Shown here in pieces: positions 1 through 12,518 of a stretch of 64,000 nt of DNA. Source of the DNA: Torpedo marmorata (lineage: Eukaryota); assembly GCA_977017645.1 (NCBI GenBank), contig OZ360249.1:37138001-37202000 (forward strand), in the 5' to 3' direction. The notes below the pieces were generated by a model. That model did no database searches, was not told the DNA's origin, and saw nothing but the letters and a program-made list of their open reading frames with translations. Position 1 is the first letter of the stretch, and each line of letters opens with the position of its first letter. A program made the position numbers and the translations under genes.

Positions 1-2110
1 ATAGCCCAGAGGTACACACAGGCCACCAAGTGCACTCAAATATTATCTCATTATCTGGTGACTTTTGAGGCACGTTTTGCCAGGTCATTTTTATTTTTAA
101 GTTGAATTTTTTGTTTTCTATGGTGCTGTCACCTGTCACTTGGATTGAGTTACTTGCTTTGTCTCCATCGAAGAAGATCGAGTACCGGCCGACTCCGATT
201 CCATTGTAATGTTCGACTCAGACTGAATTTTCTTCCTTTGTATTGATTGAAGAAGGTTGAGTAGACACCAACTCCCTTTTCATCTCACTGTCAGTTTTAG
301 TTTGAATTGACTCATGGTCTGCAGTACGGGGATAGTCACCGTGCTGCAGCAAGAATTAACTTTCTTTGTCTTTGTCTTTGTGCGAGATGGTCGAGTTTAT
401 TTTGAAACGGAGTGGGGGGGCTTCTTTTTTTCTCGTTTGAATCTGATGTGGTCTATCATTTGGTATTGGTAGTTTGAACCATTTCAGAGGAGGGGGGGGA
501 CTTTTCCTCTCATCTTTTACTTTATTCCTGGATTATCCGTGAGTGTGGGGGAAAAAGAAATTATTTTTTCTTCTCTTCTTTTCCTTTGTAAATTGTAAGG
601 TTTAGCTTGTTAAATATATTTTGAAAGACATTTATACAAGTTTAATGGTTTATTGTGTGTTTATCATAAAACAGAGGTGTAGAAATGGGTTTATGTTTTT
701 CAAGAAGTACTGTTACTATAGACGATAGTAATGCGCATGCGCGTGGATTGCCTGTTTATACATTAAGCCGGGTATTGTCTTTCTGCTGTATTCTTAACAG
801 AACTACTTAATTTGATAGTTGCTTACAAAGTTTTCTGGCATACAGGGTTATTTTTTACCATTAGGGTTCCCAACAAGGGATTCTTTTCTCTTGCGTCGCC
901 AAATTAGAAATGATGGTATTGCGCATGCGTTTAAAATGATATACATGCTGGATATTAGCTAGTAGGTTAACTTTCAACAGAATTATTTTGTCGTGGGAAA
1001 GGTATAAACCATTTTTGTTTTTTAATTATAAGGAGCGACAAGATCAACAGCAGAAGCAATTTGGGTTGGATGTATTTTTGTGAGCAGGTTGCAACCTTGG
1101 TTGTTAGCCTTCAGTTCAGGGAGGGCTGGAAGGGAGGGAATTTATTTGGGTTTCTTTTGGATTTTCAAGGTTACTTGTATCTTATGTTTTATTTACTTTG
1201 TATTTCAGCATGGATAGAAGGTAACGGCATTTGGAACAGTGACAGACGCAGATGGAGCATCCAATTACCACTGATTAATATTAATATTAATTAAATTTGA
1301 TGATCTCTTCTTTAAAGATCATCTCTTGGAATGTTAAGGGCATGAATGGGCCGATCAAACGCCGTAGGGTATTTGCCCATTTTAGACATTTAAATGCAGA
1401 TATGGTTTTTTTTTTCAAGAGACTCATATTAGGAATTCTGATAAGGATAGGTTGATGTTTAAATGGAAGGGGCAATGTTTTCATTCCTCTTCTGATGCTA
1501 AAATTAGAGGAGTTTCTATACTAATTAATCAAAATATTCAATTTATATTTCATAATAGCATATTAGATAAACAAGGTCATTATATCATTCTTACAGGTAA
1601 ATTATATAATAAAATGGTTGTGTTGAAAAATGTATACGCCCCGAATATTGGTGAGCCGGCATTTTTTGAAAAAAGCTTTTCAGCCCTACCTGATTTAAAT
1701 CAATACTCATTGATTCTGGGGGGCGATTTCAATTGCTGTTTAAATACTGTTCTAGATCATTCCTCTTCTAGACCAGCTACTCTTACTAAATCTGCAGCTG
1801 TAATCCAGTCTTTTTTATCACATCTGGGTGTTTCAGATGTATGGCGTGTTTAAAATCCTAATAATAGAGAATATTCTTTTTTTTTCAAATGTGCATCGTT
1901 CTTATTCTAGAATTTATTATTTGTTAATTGACAACCAATTGATTTCCTTGACCAAAACATGTGAATATCAAGGAATAGTTATATCTGATCATGTTCCTGT
2001 CATTTTAACCTTGAATCTTTCAGACATCCCTTTTACAAAAAGGCAATGGCGATTTAACACTACTTTACTTTCAGACAAAGATTTTTTTAGATTTTATGGA
2101 AAAGCAAATA

Positions 2111-2859
2111 CAGGTGCCTAACCTTTTATCCGGAATTCTGAAAAACGGAAACCTCCAAAAACCGAACTTTTTTTCATGGATGTCATGTGCTCACCAAATA
2201 TGACCCAACGCGACCTACACATAACTGACGCTTGAAAATCCCATGTCGGTCCGCGTCAGTAGTTAGTGGAACGTCGGGGACGTCGGCCGCCCAGCAGCAG
2301 CGGAGACGTCGTACAGGTACGGACGCCGCTGCAACCCCCCTCCCGCTGTCCAGCGCCTCCGATTTAGAACACATGTGCAGATTTCCGTCGCTGGGGAGGG
2401 AGAGAGATTGAAGAGAGAGAGAGAGCGATGGAAATCTGCGCATGCGTTCCAAATCACAACGCAGGAGTGGGGCCGTCGTCGGCCTCGGCCTCTCGGCAGG
2501 TCAGGTGCTCAGCCGGCATCGGCCTCCCGGCAGGTCAGTAGCAGTTCCGGCGTCAGCCTCGCGGCAGGTCAGGAGCAGAGCCTACATCGGCCTCCCGGCA
2601 GGTCAGAGACACAGCCGGCGTCAGCCTACCGGCAGGTCAGGGATACTTCGGAGTCAGCCTCCTGGCAGGTCAGGAGCTAGGTCGGAGTTCCAAATCACAA
2701 TGGGGCTGGTGACGTCAGCCTCCCAGGTCGGCAGCAGCGGGGACGTCCGCCTCCCGGCAGCAGCAAAGATGTTGGCCTCTATAATTCTATAATCCGAAAA
2801 AATCAGAATTCCGAAAAGTGTGCGGTCCCAGGGTTTTCAGATAAAAGGTTAGGCACCTG
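2111..2859. mobile_element. Non-autonomous Tc1/mariner (pogo/Tigger-like) element nested in L1
   Basis: TIRs caggtgcctaaccttttatc / gataaaaggttaggcacctg with a TA duplication. Removing it restores the L1 reading KQI-QFF. The GC-rich interior has repeated gtcagcctcccggcaggtcagg units. Confidence 0.9.
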
Positions 2860-5155
2860 TACAATTCTTTTTTACTAAAAATTCTTCCCCAATCATGTCT
2901 AATTTCATTGTATGGGATACAATGAAAACTTATTTGAGAGGGCAAATTATTTCTTACACAGCTAATATTAAGAAGAAGACCAATAAGGAAAGGTTAGAAT
3001 TAATTACGGTAATCAAAATAAACAAATTGATTTACAATTTGCTCAAGATAAAAATCCAGACATATATAAAAGGAGAGTAGAACTTAAAACTAAATTTGAC
3101 CTTCTCTCTACCTACCCTATTGAACAGCAATTGTTGAGGAGTATTTTTACATTCATGGGGAAAAATCGGGTAAGTTGCTGGCCAGACAATTAAAGGGAAT
3201 GTCTACTACAAAACAAATTAATAAGATTCGAACGGGAGATGGCAAGACCACTACTGATTTTTTTTAAATAAATGATACTTTCAGAGAATTCTACTCCAAC
3301 CTTTACACCTCCGAATTTAATAAAGATTATACTTTAATGTTGGACTTCTTGGATCGCCTTAATTTACCTTTGCTTTCTCAGAACAGTCGTACAAGTCTGG
3401 AGGCTCCTGTTTCTCAGGAGGAAATATTATTAGCTATTTCCTCCTTATGATCTGGTAAATCTCCAGGACCAGATGGTTATCCAGTTCAATTTTATAAATC
3501 TTTCTCCAAATGGCTTGTACCTCCCTTTAGTTCGGTGTTTGACGATTCTTTTAAAGATGGGAAGCTTCCACCATCTTTTAATGAGGCTGGTATATCTCTT
3601 ATTTTGAAAAAAGGGAAAGATCCTGTCAAATGTGCTTCATATAGACCTATTTCACAACTTAACGTAGATATGAAGATATTATCTAAAATTGTGGCCCATA
3701 GATTAGAGAATATCTTACCATTAATTATTGATCCCGATCAAACGGCTTTTATCAAAAATCGTTATTCTTATTATATCATACATCGATTATTGAATATCTT
3801 ATATTTACCCTCCGCTTCTGCTCTGGAATGTGTTCTTTCATTAGACGCCGAGAAGGCTTTTGATCGGGTGGAATGGAACTATCTGTTTGCTATTTTAGAA
3901 AGGTTTAATTTTGGCCCAGATCTTATCAAATGGATTAAATTACTGTACTTATGCCCCACGGCCACAATTCATAACAATTCACAACAGTCAAAACTTTTTA
4001 GGCTTTATTGGGGAACTCGGCAAGGTTGCCCCTTAAGCCCGTTGCTTTTTGACTTGGTATTTGAACCCCTTACTATTGCTCTAAGGGAGAGTATAGATTT
4101 TTCAGGGATAATTAAGAATGGTGTTGAACACAAAGTTTCTTTATATGCAGATGATCTTTTGCTTTTTATTTGAAATCCAGAGGTTTCTATATCAAATATA
4201 TTAACCTTATTTGCCAATATGGGCCAGTTTTCTGGCTATAAATTAAATCTGCATAAGAGTGAATTATTACCCATAAAGGGGTCTTCTTTAAGATATCCCA
4301 ATTTCCCTTTTAAGTTAGTGAATGATCAGTTTAGATTCCTTGGAATTACAATTACTAAGAGTTATAAGAACTTAATGAAGGAAATTTTTTCTGCAACATT
4401 TAATCAGGTTAAAGTATTATTATCAGGATGGTCACCTTTGTCTATTACTATGATTGGGCGTATTAATTCGATTAAAATGAATGTATTACCAAAATTTTTA
4501 TATCTTTTCCAGTCTATACCAGTCTTTATCCCTAAATCTTTTTTTGATTCACTGGATTTGTTTATTTCTTCGTATATATGGCAAGGAAAACAACCTCGTT
4601 TAAACAAAGTGCATCTTCAAAAAACTAAAAGGATTGGGGGACTGTCACTTCCAAATTTCAGATTCTACTTATTGGGCGGTCAATATACGTAATTTGCTCC
4701 TTTTGTTAAATTTTTATAAATTAGTTGACCGCCCTTTTTGGGTGGAAATGGAATTGAATTTTTTTTTTAATTCATCTATGCTGTCAGTCCTATGGTCCTT
4801 TTTACCTTTCTCTTTTTCTAAATTAACAACTAATCCGATAATGAGACAAAGGTTGAGAATATGGGCACAATTTAGAAATTTTTTTTGAATTCATAGTTTT
4901 TCTCTTGCCAGTCTTATTATAGCTAATCATCTTTTTTTTACCTTCTTTGTCAGATATATGTTTTAGGGAGTGGTGTAGACTGGGTAACAAAAATTTTAAA
5001 GATCTTTTTAATTGAGATAATTTTGCTTCTTTTGAACAATTGAGGGCAAAATTTAAATTACCTAATAGTCATTTTTTTCCAATATCTACAAGTCAGACAT
5101 TTTGTTCAGTCCAAGCTCTCTGATTTTCCACGAATTTCTGAAACCAAACATTCTT

Positions 5156-5601
5156 TTTAAAAAAAATATTTTATTTAAAATTTTTAATCACACGATAGTA
5201 CACGTTTACAAACTTCAAAATTATCAAAATACATGTGATATATTTTCACCCTGCCCTCTCTCCCCTCCCCTTCCCTAACCCACCCACCCCTACTATTTTA
5301 ATAAAATAAAGAGAAAGAGAAAATAAAATAAAATAAAATGTGGAGAATGTCAATGTAAAAGTAAAAACAACTATACATTAATTTTATTGTGGAACAAAGA
5401 AATGCATTGCTATTACATGGAAATCTGATGTAGATTTAGGGTTAGAAAGACGGCATGCAGAACTTTGTTCATGTATACTACTTGAAAAAATTACTTATAA
5501 TTTACATAATAAATATCATTTCTTTTTGAGGGTATAGAGCCCATATATAAAAACTGTAGGTTTAAAGATTTGAAGATCTCTTGATATCAGATCTGACTGG
5601 T
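5156..5601 (-). mobile_element. 5'-truncated L1 (second family) with 5' inversion, nested in L1
   Basis: TSD gaaac(c)aaacattctt at 5140-5155 and 5602-5616. The 3' UTR is on the minus strand (5156-~5393) and the ORF2 end KKCIAITWKSDVDLGLER is on the plus strand (~5395-5600). Confidence 0.88.
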
Positions 5602-6684
5602 GAAACAAACATTCTTGATTTACTTTTTGACTTTCAATTTTCTCAGAGATGCTCAATATCAATTATTTATAATAATTTGATGGACTTGAGAATAGCTTCG
5701 CTAGTTAAAATCAAAAGTGATTGGGAGCATGACTTGGATTTGTCACTTACCGATGAGAACTGGGATACGGTTCTAAATTTGATTAATGACTCCTCCTTCT
5801 GTGCACAACATTGTTTGTTGCAATTCAAAGTGGTGCATAGAGTACATATGTCAAAAGTTAAACTATCTCGCTTTTATTCTGATATTGATCCACTATGTGA
5901 TAAGTGTAAAAATTTTGAGGCTTCATTGATACATATGTTTTGGGCTTGCCCTAGTTTAGAAAATTTTTGGAATTTTTTGTTTCAAACTTTATCAGTCATT
6001 TTTTAAAGTCAAATTAGAACCATGCCCCTCAGTTGCTTTATGTGGTTTTTCTCAAGAAGAGGATACACTATTGACGCCATCTCAGAAGCGAATTTTAACT
6101 TTTACCTCATTGATAGCTAGACGGGCAATCTTGATGAAAATGGAAAGACAGTACTCCACCTACTCACAATCAATGGTTACAGGAGGTCATGTCCTTCCTA
6201 AGTTTAGAAAAAAATCAGACACAATGTTAAAGATGTAAAGGTGAATTTTTACAAGACGTGGGGCCCATTCATGGATTATTATCATAATTTAAGGAATTAG
6301 GGTGTTTGGATGCTCCTGAGAAGCGTTGTCTGGTTTCTGAATGTCTTCTTTCATTTCCAATGTATATTAGATATGAAAGTTAACCTTGTTTGATTAATAG
6401 GGTTTTTTTTTCCTTTTTTCCTTTTTGGTTTTCTTTTTTTTTCTTTTGAGATATTTTGATAAAATGGGTTTGATTAAGAATGGTACACACAATTTATACT
6501 ATGTATGACTAAGGTACTATTTGAGAAGTACAAATTATCTCTCTTTTCTTATAGTTCAGTCCATGCATTGGATCATCATGTGTGTATGTTTTTTTAAAAA
6601 TTAAACTCAATAAAGATATTTTAAAAAGAAAAAGAAAGATTTAGATAAAGGGCTGTATTAACAAAGTGGACGCGATCGAGTCAT

Positions 6685-7130
6685 AGAAGAGCACAGAAAA
6701 GAACAGGCCCTTTGGCCCAACATACCCATGCTGTCCAAGTCAGCATTCTGAGCTCGTCCCATTTGCTTGCATTTGCCCCATTTCCTTTTAAATCCGTCCT
6801 ATCCAAATGTCTTTTGAACATCGTAACGGGACTCTCTTCTGCAGCTTTCTCTTGACAGCTCGTTCCAGGTACGGACTAACCTCTGAGTGGAAAAAAGTTA
6901 CCCCTCTGGTTTCTCTTCAATCTCTCCCCTCTCAACTTAAACCTATGTCCTCTAGTTCTCAAATCATCTATCCTGGGATAAAGACTGCAAGTGTTTACTT
7001 TATCCACGCCCCTGATCATTTTATATAATCCTATAATGTCAACTCACAGTCTCCTATGCTTCAGGGAATAAAGATTCAGCCAATACAGCCTCTCCCTCTA
7101 AATCAATCCCTCAAGTCCCTGTAACATTCT
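6685..7130 (-). mobile_element. Degraded CR1 LINE 3' end
   Basis: Tail caggccctttggccc and a diverged match to the CR1 RT C-terminus seen in other copies in the window. Confidence 0.7.
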
Positions 7131-7755
7131 GTTCACTTAAAAAAAAGAAACAGAGTAATGTCATATTGGATCACACAGAATTATGCTTGTTAAAACATTA
7201 AACAATGATTGTTAATAACACGGAGGAAATGCATGTCTGATTGAACAGATTTTATGCTTGTTAACCAGTTATTATGCTTCCTCTTTAAGACAAAGGGGGT
7301 GAAATGAGCACAACTTAGCATCAAGTGATGTATTTTGGGAAGAGATATGCACAATAAAATGCAACAAGTTTAGAGGGTTGCAAAAATGAATGGCAATATC
7401 ATCACAAAACTTTGTAGATTAACTTGATAACCTATTAAAAGGTAGACAGGATCATTAACTTTATTTTGCATAGAACAGAAAAGTTAACTGATTAGTAAGT
7501 TCTCAGCTCGGGTATGCTGTCTAGTTCTGGCCACCACATTTTGCAAAGAGTACAGAGGGAAGGGAAGGGCATGGAGGAGATTTCACTGCAATGACTACAG
7601 GAGGAGAGAAGAGAATGGGGAGATTTAATCGTTTGGTTCAAAGCTATGAGTGAACTTGATAATGATAAAGAGGGTTGGCAACTTAAACTAACCAACCACT
7701 GTGCAACAAAAGAGGGAACCAAGGAGGAATACTTTCACAGAGCGAATTGGTACAA

Positions 7756-8752
7756 GAACATAAGAACATAAGAAATAAGAGCAGGAGTAGGCTATCCAGC
7801 CCGACGAGCCTGCTCCACTATTCTTTTTTTTAAAATATTTTATTTAAAATTTTAAATCATAAAATACATAGAATAAAATATAAAATTATCAAAAATACTT
7901 GTGATACATTTTCACCCCCCCTCCCACCCTCCCCTCCCCAACCCTCCCAACCCCACTAATCTAATAAAATATAAAAAAGAAAGAAATAGAGAAGAAAAAG
8001 ATAAGGTAAGGAGAATGTCAATCTAATAAATACATCTATAAACTAATTCTATTATGTAGGTTAGGTAGCCAGTAGATCCAATGTCCAGAGATCTTCAAAT
8101 CCTTAATCGAACAGCTTGCATATAAGGGCTCCATATTTTTAAAAAGAAATGATATTTACTCCGTAAGTTATAAATAATTTTTTCAAGTGGTATACATGAA
8201 CGAAGTTCTGCATGCCATCTTTCTAACCCTAAATCAACATCAGATTTCCAAGTAATAGCAATGCATTTCTTTGAAACAGCTAAAGCAATTGCCTGCTCCA
8301 CTATTCAACGTGATCATGGCTGATCTGATGATAGGCTCATCTCCACCTACCTGCCTTTTCCCCATATCCCTTAATTCCCTTACTATGTAGAAATCTATTC
8401 AACCTTGTCTTAAATATATTTACTGAGGTAGCCTCAACTGCTTCAATGGGCAGTGAATTCCATAGATTCACACCCTCTGGGAAAAGCAGTTCCTCCTCAT
8501 CTCTGTCCTAAATTTACTACCCTGAATTTTGAGGCTATGTCCCCTAGTTCTGGTCTCCCCTACAAATGTAAACAACTTACCTACCTCTATCTTATCGTAT
8601 ATGTATCTATATTTTTCTATAAGATCCCCTCTCATTCTTCTAAATTCCAGTGAGTACAGTCCCAGACGATTCAATCCACTCATAGTCACAGACGACTCAT
8701 AGGCCAACCCCTTCATCCCTGGAATCAACCTGGTGAACCTCCTCTGCACCGC
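7756..8752 (-). mobile_element. CR1 LINE 3' fragment, interrupted by L1
   Basis: ORF 8468-8809 reads VQRRFTRLIPGMKGL..LGLYSLEFRRMRGDLIE..TRGHSLKI; (aagaacat)n tail. Confidence 0.88.
7824..8290 (-). mobile_element. 5'-truncated L1 3' end
   Basis: Perfect 16-bp TSD gcctgctccactattc (7808-7823, 8291-8306), T-run tail, and ORF2 end ALAVSKKCIAITWKSD..FLKIWSPY. Confidence 0.92.
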
Positions 8753-8825
8753 CTCATCGTGATTTGTCAACAGGAACACAGTAGAAGCTGATTCAGCAGT
8801 CGGTGTCAAGATCCAGTGCAGAGAT

Positions 8826-9190
8826 GGTGGCGGTGAGTGCTGCGGCAGTTAGTGCTGCTGCCTCACAGCTCCATGGCCCTGGATTTGATTCCGACGCTGG
8901 GTGCTGCCTGAGTGGAATTTGCATGTCCTCACTGTGACCATGTGGATTTTCCTCAGGTGCTCCTGTTTCTATGCACATCCCAAAGGCATATGGCTCGGTA
9001 GGTGATCTGCCCAATGTAAATTGTTCCCAGTGTATCTGAGTGGCAGGAGAATCCTGAGCGATGGATATACAAGGGAGAATAGATTATCGAGCGATAACTT
9101 GGGAGTGGGATTAAAATAATTGTTTGAGAGAATTCACACACAGACTCATTGGGCTGCATTGCCCCCTTCTCTTTCATGTGAAATATGAAT
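8826..9190 (+). mobile_element. Older tRNA-derived V-SINE (HE1-like)
   Basis: tRNA-like head tggcggtgagtgctg..gttagtgctgctgcctcacagctcc and V-domain-like ggaatttgcatgtcctc..gtggattttcctcaggtgctcctgtttc. Confidence 0.7.
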
Positions 9191-9309
9191 ATTACAACAG
9201 GATCAAACAATTATCTAAATAAAGCATCAATAATAAATATAGAAAGCATCACGAATAGGCAGCAGATATATATTAGCTCTGTGCTCATCTTATCAAAGCT
9301 CCCAGTTTA

Positions 9310-9560
9310 TCACAATCACAGTGTCTGCAAACTTTCGTGTTTCACTCCATTTGGTTGCTCCACTGCAAAATCCCTTTGAGGGATGCCTACCCTGAAGAAG
9401 TTCTCCTCCGAAGGGAGTTGTGCGAGAGTCTCTCTCACTGCTCCTCCTCTGCACTCCCTGCTGCTCTCAAGCTCTACGACCATGTACTCACCCAGACTCC
9501 CTTCCACAGTCACGTGTCCTCTCCTGTCCTCCTGTCCATGTCCAATTATGGCCTTCTGCC
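9310..9560 (+). mobile_element. Penelope-like element 5' fragment (terminal-repeat tail plus ORF start)
   Basis: The tail cacagtgtctgcaaactttcgtgtttcactc, shared with the hammerhead-bearing repeats, is followed by MPTLKKF / SLSHCSSSALPAALKLYDHVLTQT, homologous to 37820-38000. Confidence 0.7.
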
Positions 9561-9810
9561 TGTTGGTCTGATCTCATAAGATCACAAGATATAGGAGCAG
9601 AAGTAGGCCCATTGACCCATCGAGTCTGCTCTGCCATTCTAATCATGAGCTGACCCATCCTCCCACTCAGCCCCACTCCCTGGCTTTCTCCCTGAAACCC
9701 TTGATGCCCTGACTAATCAAATACCTGTCAATCTCTGCCTTAAATAAACACAACGACCTCGCTTCCACAGCCACCCGTGGCAACAAGTTCCACAGACTCA
9801 CGACCCTCTG

Positions 9811-10720
9811 ATAGGTGGAATAGTGGATAATGAAGAAGGTTTTCAAGGATTGCAGAAGGATTTGGGCTGCTTAGAAAAGTGGGCTGAAAAATGGCAGATG
9901 GAGTTTAATGCTGATAAGTGTGAGGTGCTTCATTTTGGAAAGAAGAATCAGAACAGGACATATGTAGTAAATGGGAGAGCATTGATGAATACAGAAGAGC
10001 AGAAAGATTTAGGAATAACGGTGCATCATTCCCTGAAGGTGGAAACTCATGTGAATAGGGTGGTGAAGAAGGCTTTTAGTATGCTGGCCTTCATCAATCA
10101 ATGCATAGAATATAGGAGTTGGGAAGTGATGTTGAGATTATATAAGGCTTTGGTGCGGCCTAATTTAGAGTTCTGTGTGCAGTTCTGGTCGCCAAATTAT
10201 AGGAAGGATATCAACAAAGTGGAGAGAGTGCAGAGAAGGTTTACCAGAATGTTACCTGGGTTTAAGAATTTAGAGTACAAGGAGAGATTGAGCAGATTAG
10301 GTCTTTATTCTTTGGAGCGTAGAAGGTTGAGAGGGGATTTGATAGAGGTATTTAAAATTATGAAAGGGATAGACAGAGTGGATGTGGATAGACTATTTCC
10401 ATTAAGAATAGGAGAGATTGAAACAAGAGGACATGAGCTAAGAGTTAAGGGGCAGAGGTTTAGAGGTAACATGAGGGGGAACTTCTTTACTCAGAGAGTG
10501 GTAGCTGTGTGGAATGAGCTTCCGGGAGAAGTAGTGGCGGCAGAGTCAATTTTAGTATTTAAGAAAAAGTTGGACAAGTATATGGATGTGAGGGAAGTGG
10601 AGGGTTATGGGCAAGGTGCAGGTAGGTGGGACTAGATAGGAATGTTTTGGTTCGGTGCGGACTGGAAGGGCCTAATGGCCTGTTTCCGTGCTGTAATTGT
10701 TATATGGTTATATGGTTATG
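9811..10720 (+). mobile_element. Young CR1 (HER1-like) LINE, 5'-truncated, with open RT C-terminal frame
   Basis: 270-aa ORF LQKDL..WQMEFNADKCEVLHFG..LVRPNLEFCVQFWSP..RRRLRGDLIEVFK; 3' stem gaagggcctaatggcctgtttcc and (tatggt)n tail. Sits inside an older minus-strand CR1 (9575-9810, resuming ~10722). Confidence 0.95.
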
Positions 10721-10764
10721 GTTAAAGAAATCTTTCCGCATCTCTGTTTTAAATTGACGCCCTT

Positions 10765-10965
10765 TGCTTCTCCCTCTGCTCTTTCCTCCTTCCTCTCCCA
10801 GCCTTTTTATTCAGGCACCTGCCTGCTCTTTGCTTACATATACCTTGAAGAACGGCTCAGGCCCGAAACGTTGGTTATATATCTTTACCTCCTGTGGACG
10901 TTGCGTGACCTGCTGAGTTCCTCCAGCATTTTTATGTTTTTAACTACAATCTGCATGCTTTCACT
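10765..10965 (+). mobile_element. Penelope-like terminal repeat with hammerhead motif
   Basis: ttgaagaacggctcaggcccgaaacgtt at 10845-10872, then gacctgctgagttcctccagc. Confidence 0.8.
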
Positions 10966-11043
10966 TTTCAATCCAGTTTATCATCCTGAGAATTTTTTTT
11001 GTTTTATCCAAGTACAGGTCCTGTAATTCAAGGACATTGTGCT

Positions 11044-11553
11044 CATAGGCGTACGAGCTGGGGGCAGGGGGGGGGGCATTTGCCTCCCCCCCCAGATTCG
11101 GGCAAAACAGGGGAAAATTCGTGCAAAGCAAGAAGAAAAAAAAAATTGGACAGAGAAAGCAAAAAGATAAACAAATTAACAATAACGGCGGTCCCGCTCC
11201 ACCAGGGTCGGCGTCAAGGGGAGGGGGTGGGGCATTCGCGGGCATTGCCCCCCCCAAGCGAGGTGCTGTGCACCCACATACACTCGCGGCCATCGCTTGC
11301 GGTCAGACCCGCCCCCGTCACTAGCGTGCTTCAAGCGTCACGAGCGTACAGCTTGTCGCACGCTAGTGACTCTCCATCTGCCCCTTGCGTGCGTCTAGGT
11401 ATTTACCCCCCCTCCCCCCCGTTCACACACGTCCTCCCCACGCTTAGCACGCCGCTTCACGGAGGAGGCAGCGGCCTGTGTCCGGCCCCGTGTAAAATTT
11501 CGGGCAAATCAACCCCTTTGCCCCCCGAACCAAAGAGTCCCCATACGCCAATG
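11044..11553. mobile_element. hAT-like MITE, GC-rich
   Basis: Termini cataggcgta / tacgccaatg, subterminal ggggca..tgcccc motifs, and imperfect 8-bp flanks attgtgct / cttgggct. Confidence 0.7.
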
Positions 11554-11932
11554 CTTGGGCTCAGACCTTAAAATCATTAGATCCAGATATTAACCGTACC
11601 ATGAAAAATATATTCTATCTAAATAAATGTACCACAACTGGATTTTTTTTTAAGCGAGAGAAATTGAGCCGACTTAAACTTTCACTCAGAGCATGATACA
11701 AAAAACATAACAGAGGGATGAAAATGAACCTGAGATAACAGGAAAAGAGATAATGACCATTGCATTCCACACATCACAAACAAAATGGAAACTCTGATAC
11801 TTAAGCAACAGAATACTTAGCAAGTCCATCAATAGTCTTACTGAGTCTAAGAAATACCAGCACAAAACAACTCTGAAATGTTATCAAGCATACCGGGTGA
11901 ATATAAAAGTAATTAAAATCCTAAATCCTTTG

Positions 11933-12087
11933 GGAAGCAAAAAACAAAGGTCGGCAGATACCGTGGTTGAAGTAAAAACACAACGCTGGAGAAACTCAGC
12001 AGGTCAAACAATGTACTTTATATAGCAAAGATAGAGATACATAACCAAAGTTTCGGGCTTGAGCCCTTCATCAAAGTATGGATCAAG
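11933..12087 (-). mobile_element. Short Penelope-like terminal repeat insertion with hammerhead motif
   Basis: 12-bp TSD ctaaatcctttg (11921-11932, 12088-12099); motif at 12047-12074. Confidence 0.85.
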
Positions 12088-12190
12088 CTAAATCCTTTGC
12101 ACAGAAGCAGCAGATCAGAAACTCACACATCTTGATGCAAAGTGCGTGAATAGTCTTTGCTCAGGTAAAATTCTGGCATCTGGCACATTA

Positions 12191-12518
12191 CCATATATAT
12201 TCGTGTAAAAGTCAATACTGTGTAAAAGTCGACCCCCCCCTATTTTTGCCCCCAAAATCTGGTCTTTTCCATATACCATGTGTAAATGTTAATCCCCCTA
12301 TTTTTGGCCCCTGCCGCCCGCCCATCGGAGCTCCTGACGCTTCGACCGTGGACCTATGCCAAGGCCACAGCCACCTGCCTGCCCATCGGAACTCCTGACA
12401 CCTCGAACGCTGCAGGTACTTTGTGTGGTCAAAAGTAGCATGCGTGTAATAGTTGACCCCAAAAATTTAACGTTAAAAAATGGTCTTAAAAACTCGACTT
12501 TTACACGAGCATATATGG
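12191..12518. mobile_element. Tc1/mariner (Tc2/pogo-like) MITE
   Basis: TIRs ccatatatattcgtgtaaaagtc / gacttttacacgagcatatatgg flanked by TA. Confidence 0.85.

Larger units (their letters stand above)
1300..6640 (+). mobile_element. L1-clade LINE, near-complete but frameshifted ORF2 (APE endonuclease, RT, C-terminal cysteine-rich domain) plus 3' UTR and A-rich tail
   Basis: Motifs ISWNVKG (~1320), NVYAPN, LGGDFN, ISDH, KSPGPDG, YRPISQLNVDMKILSK, SLDAEKAFDRVEW, GTRQGCPLSPLLF, SLYADDLL, CDKC..HMFWAC. AATAAA at ~6608 is followed by an A-rich tail. Interrupted by inserts at 2111-2859 and 5156-5601. Bases 1-1300 may be inter-ORF sequence (not established). Confidence 0.95.

Noticed and set aside
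1-1290. L1 ORF1 or promoter
   Set aside because: No recognisable ORF1 peptide. The T-rich text and two GCGCATGCG motifs are suggestive but not sufficient.
10961-11571. Pro/Gly-rich ORFs of 110-190 aa
   Set aside because: Spurious frames in a GC-rich MITE.
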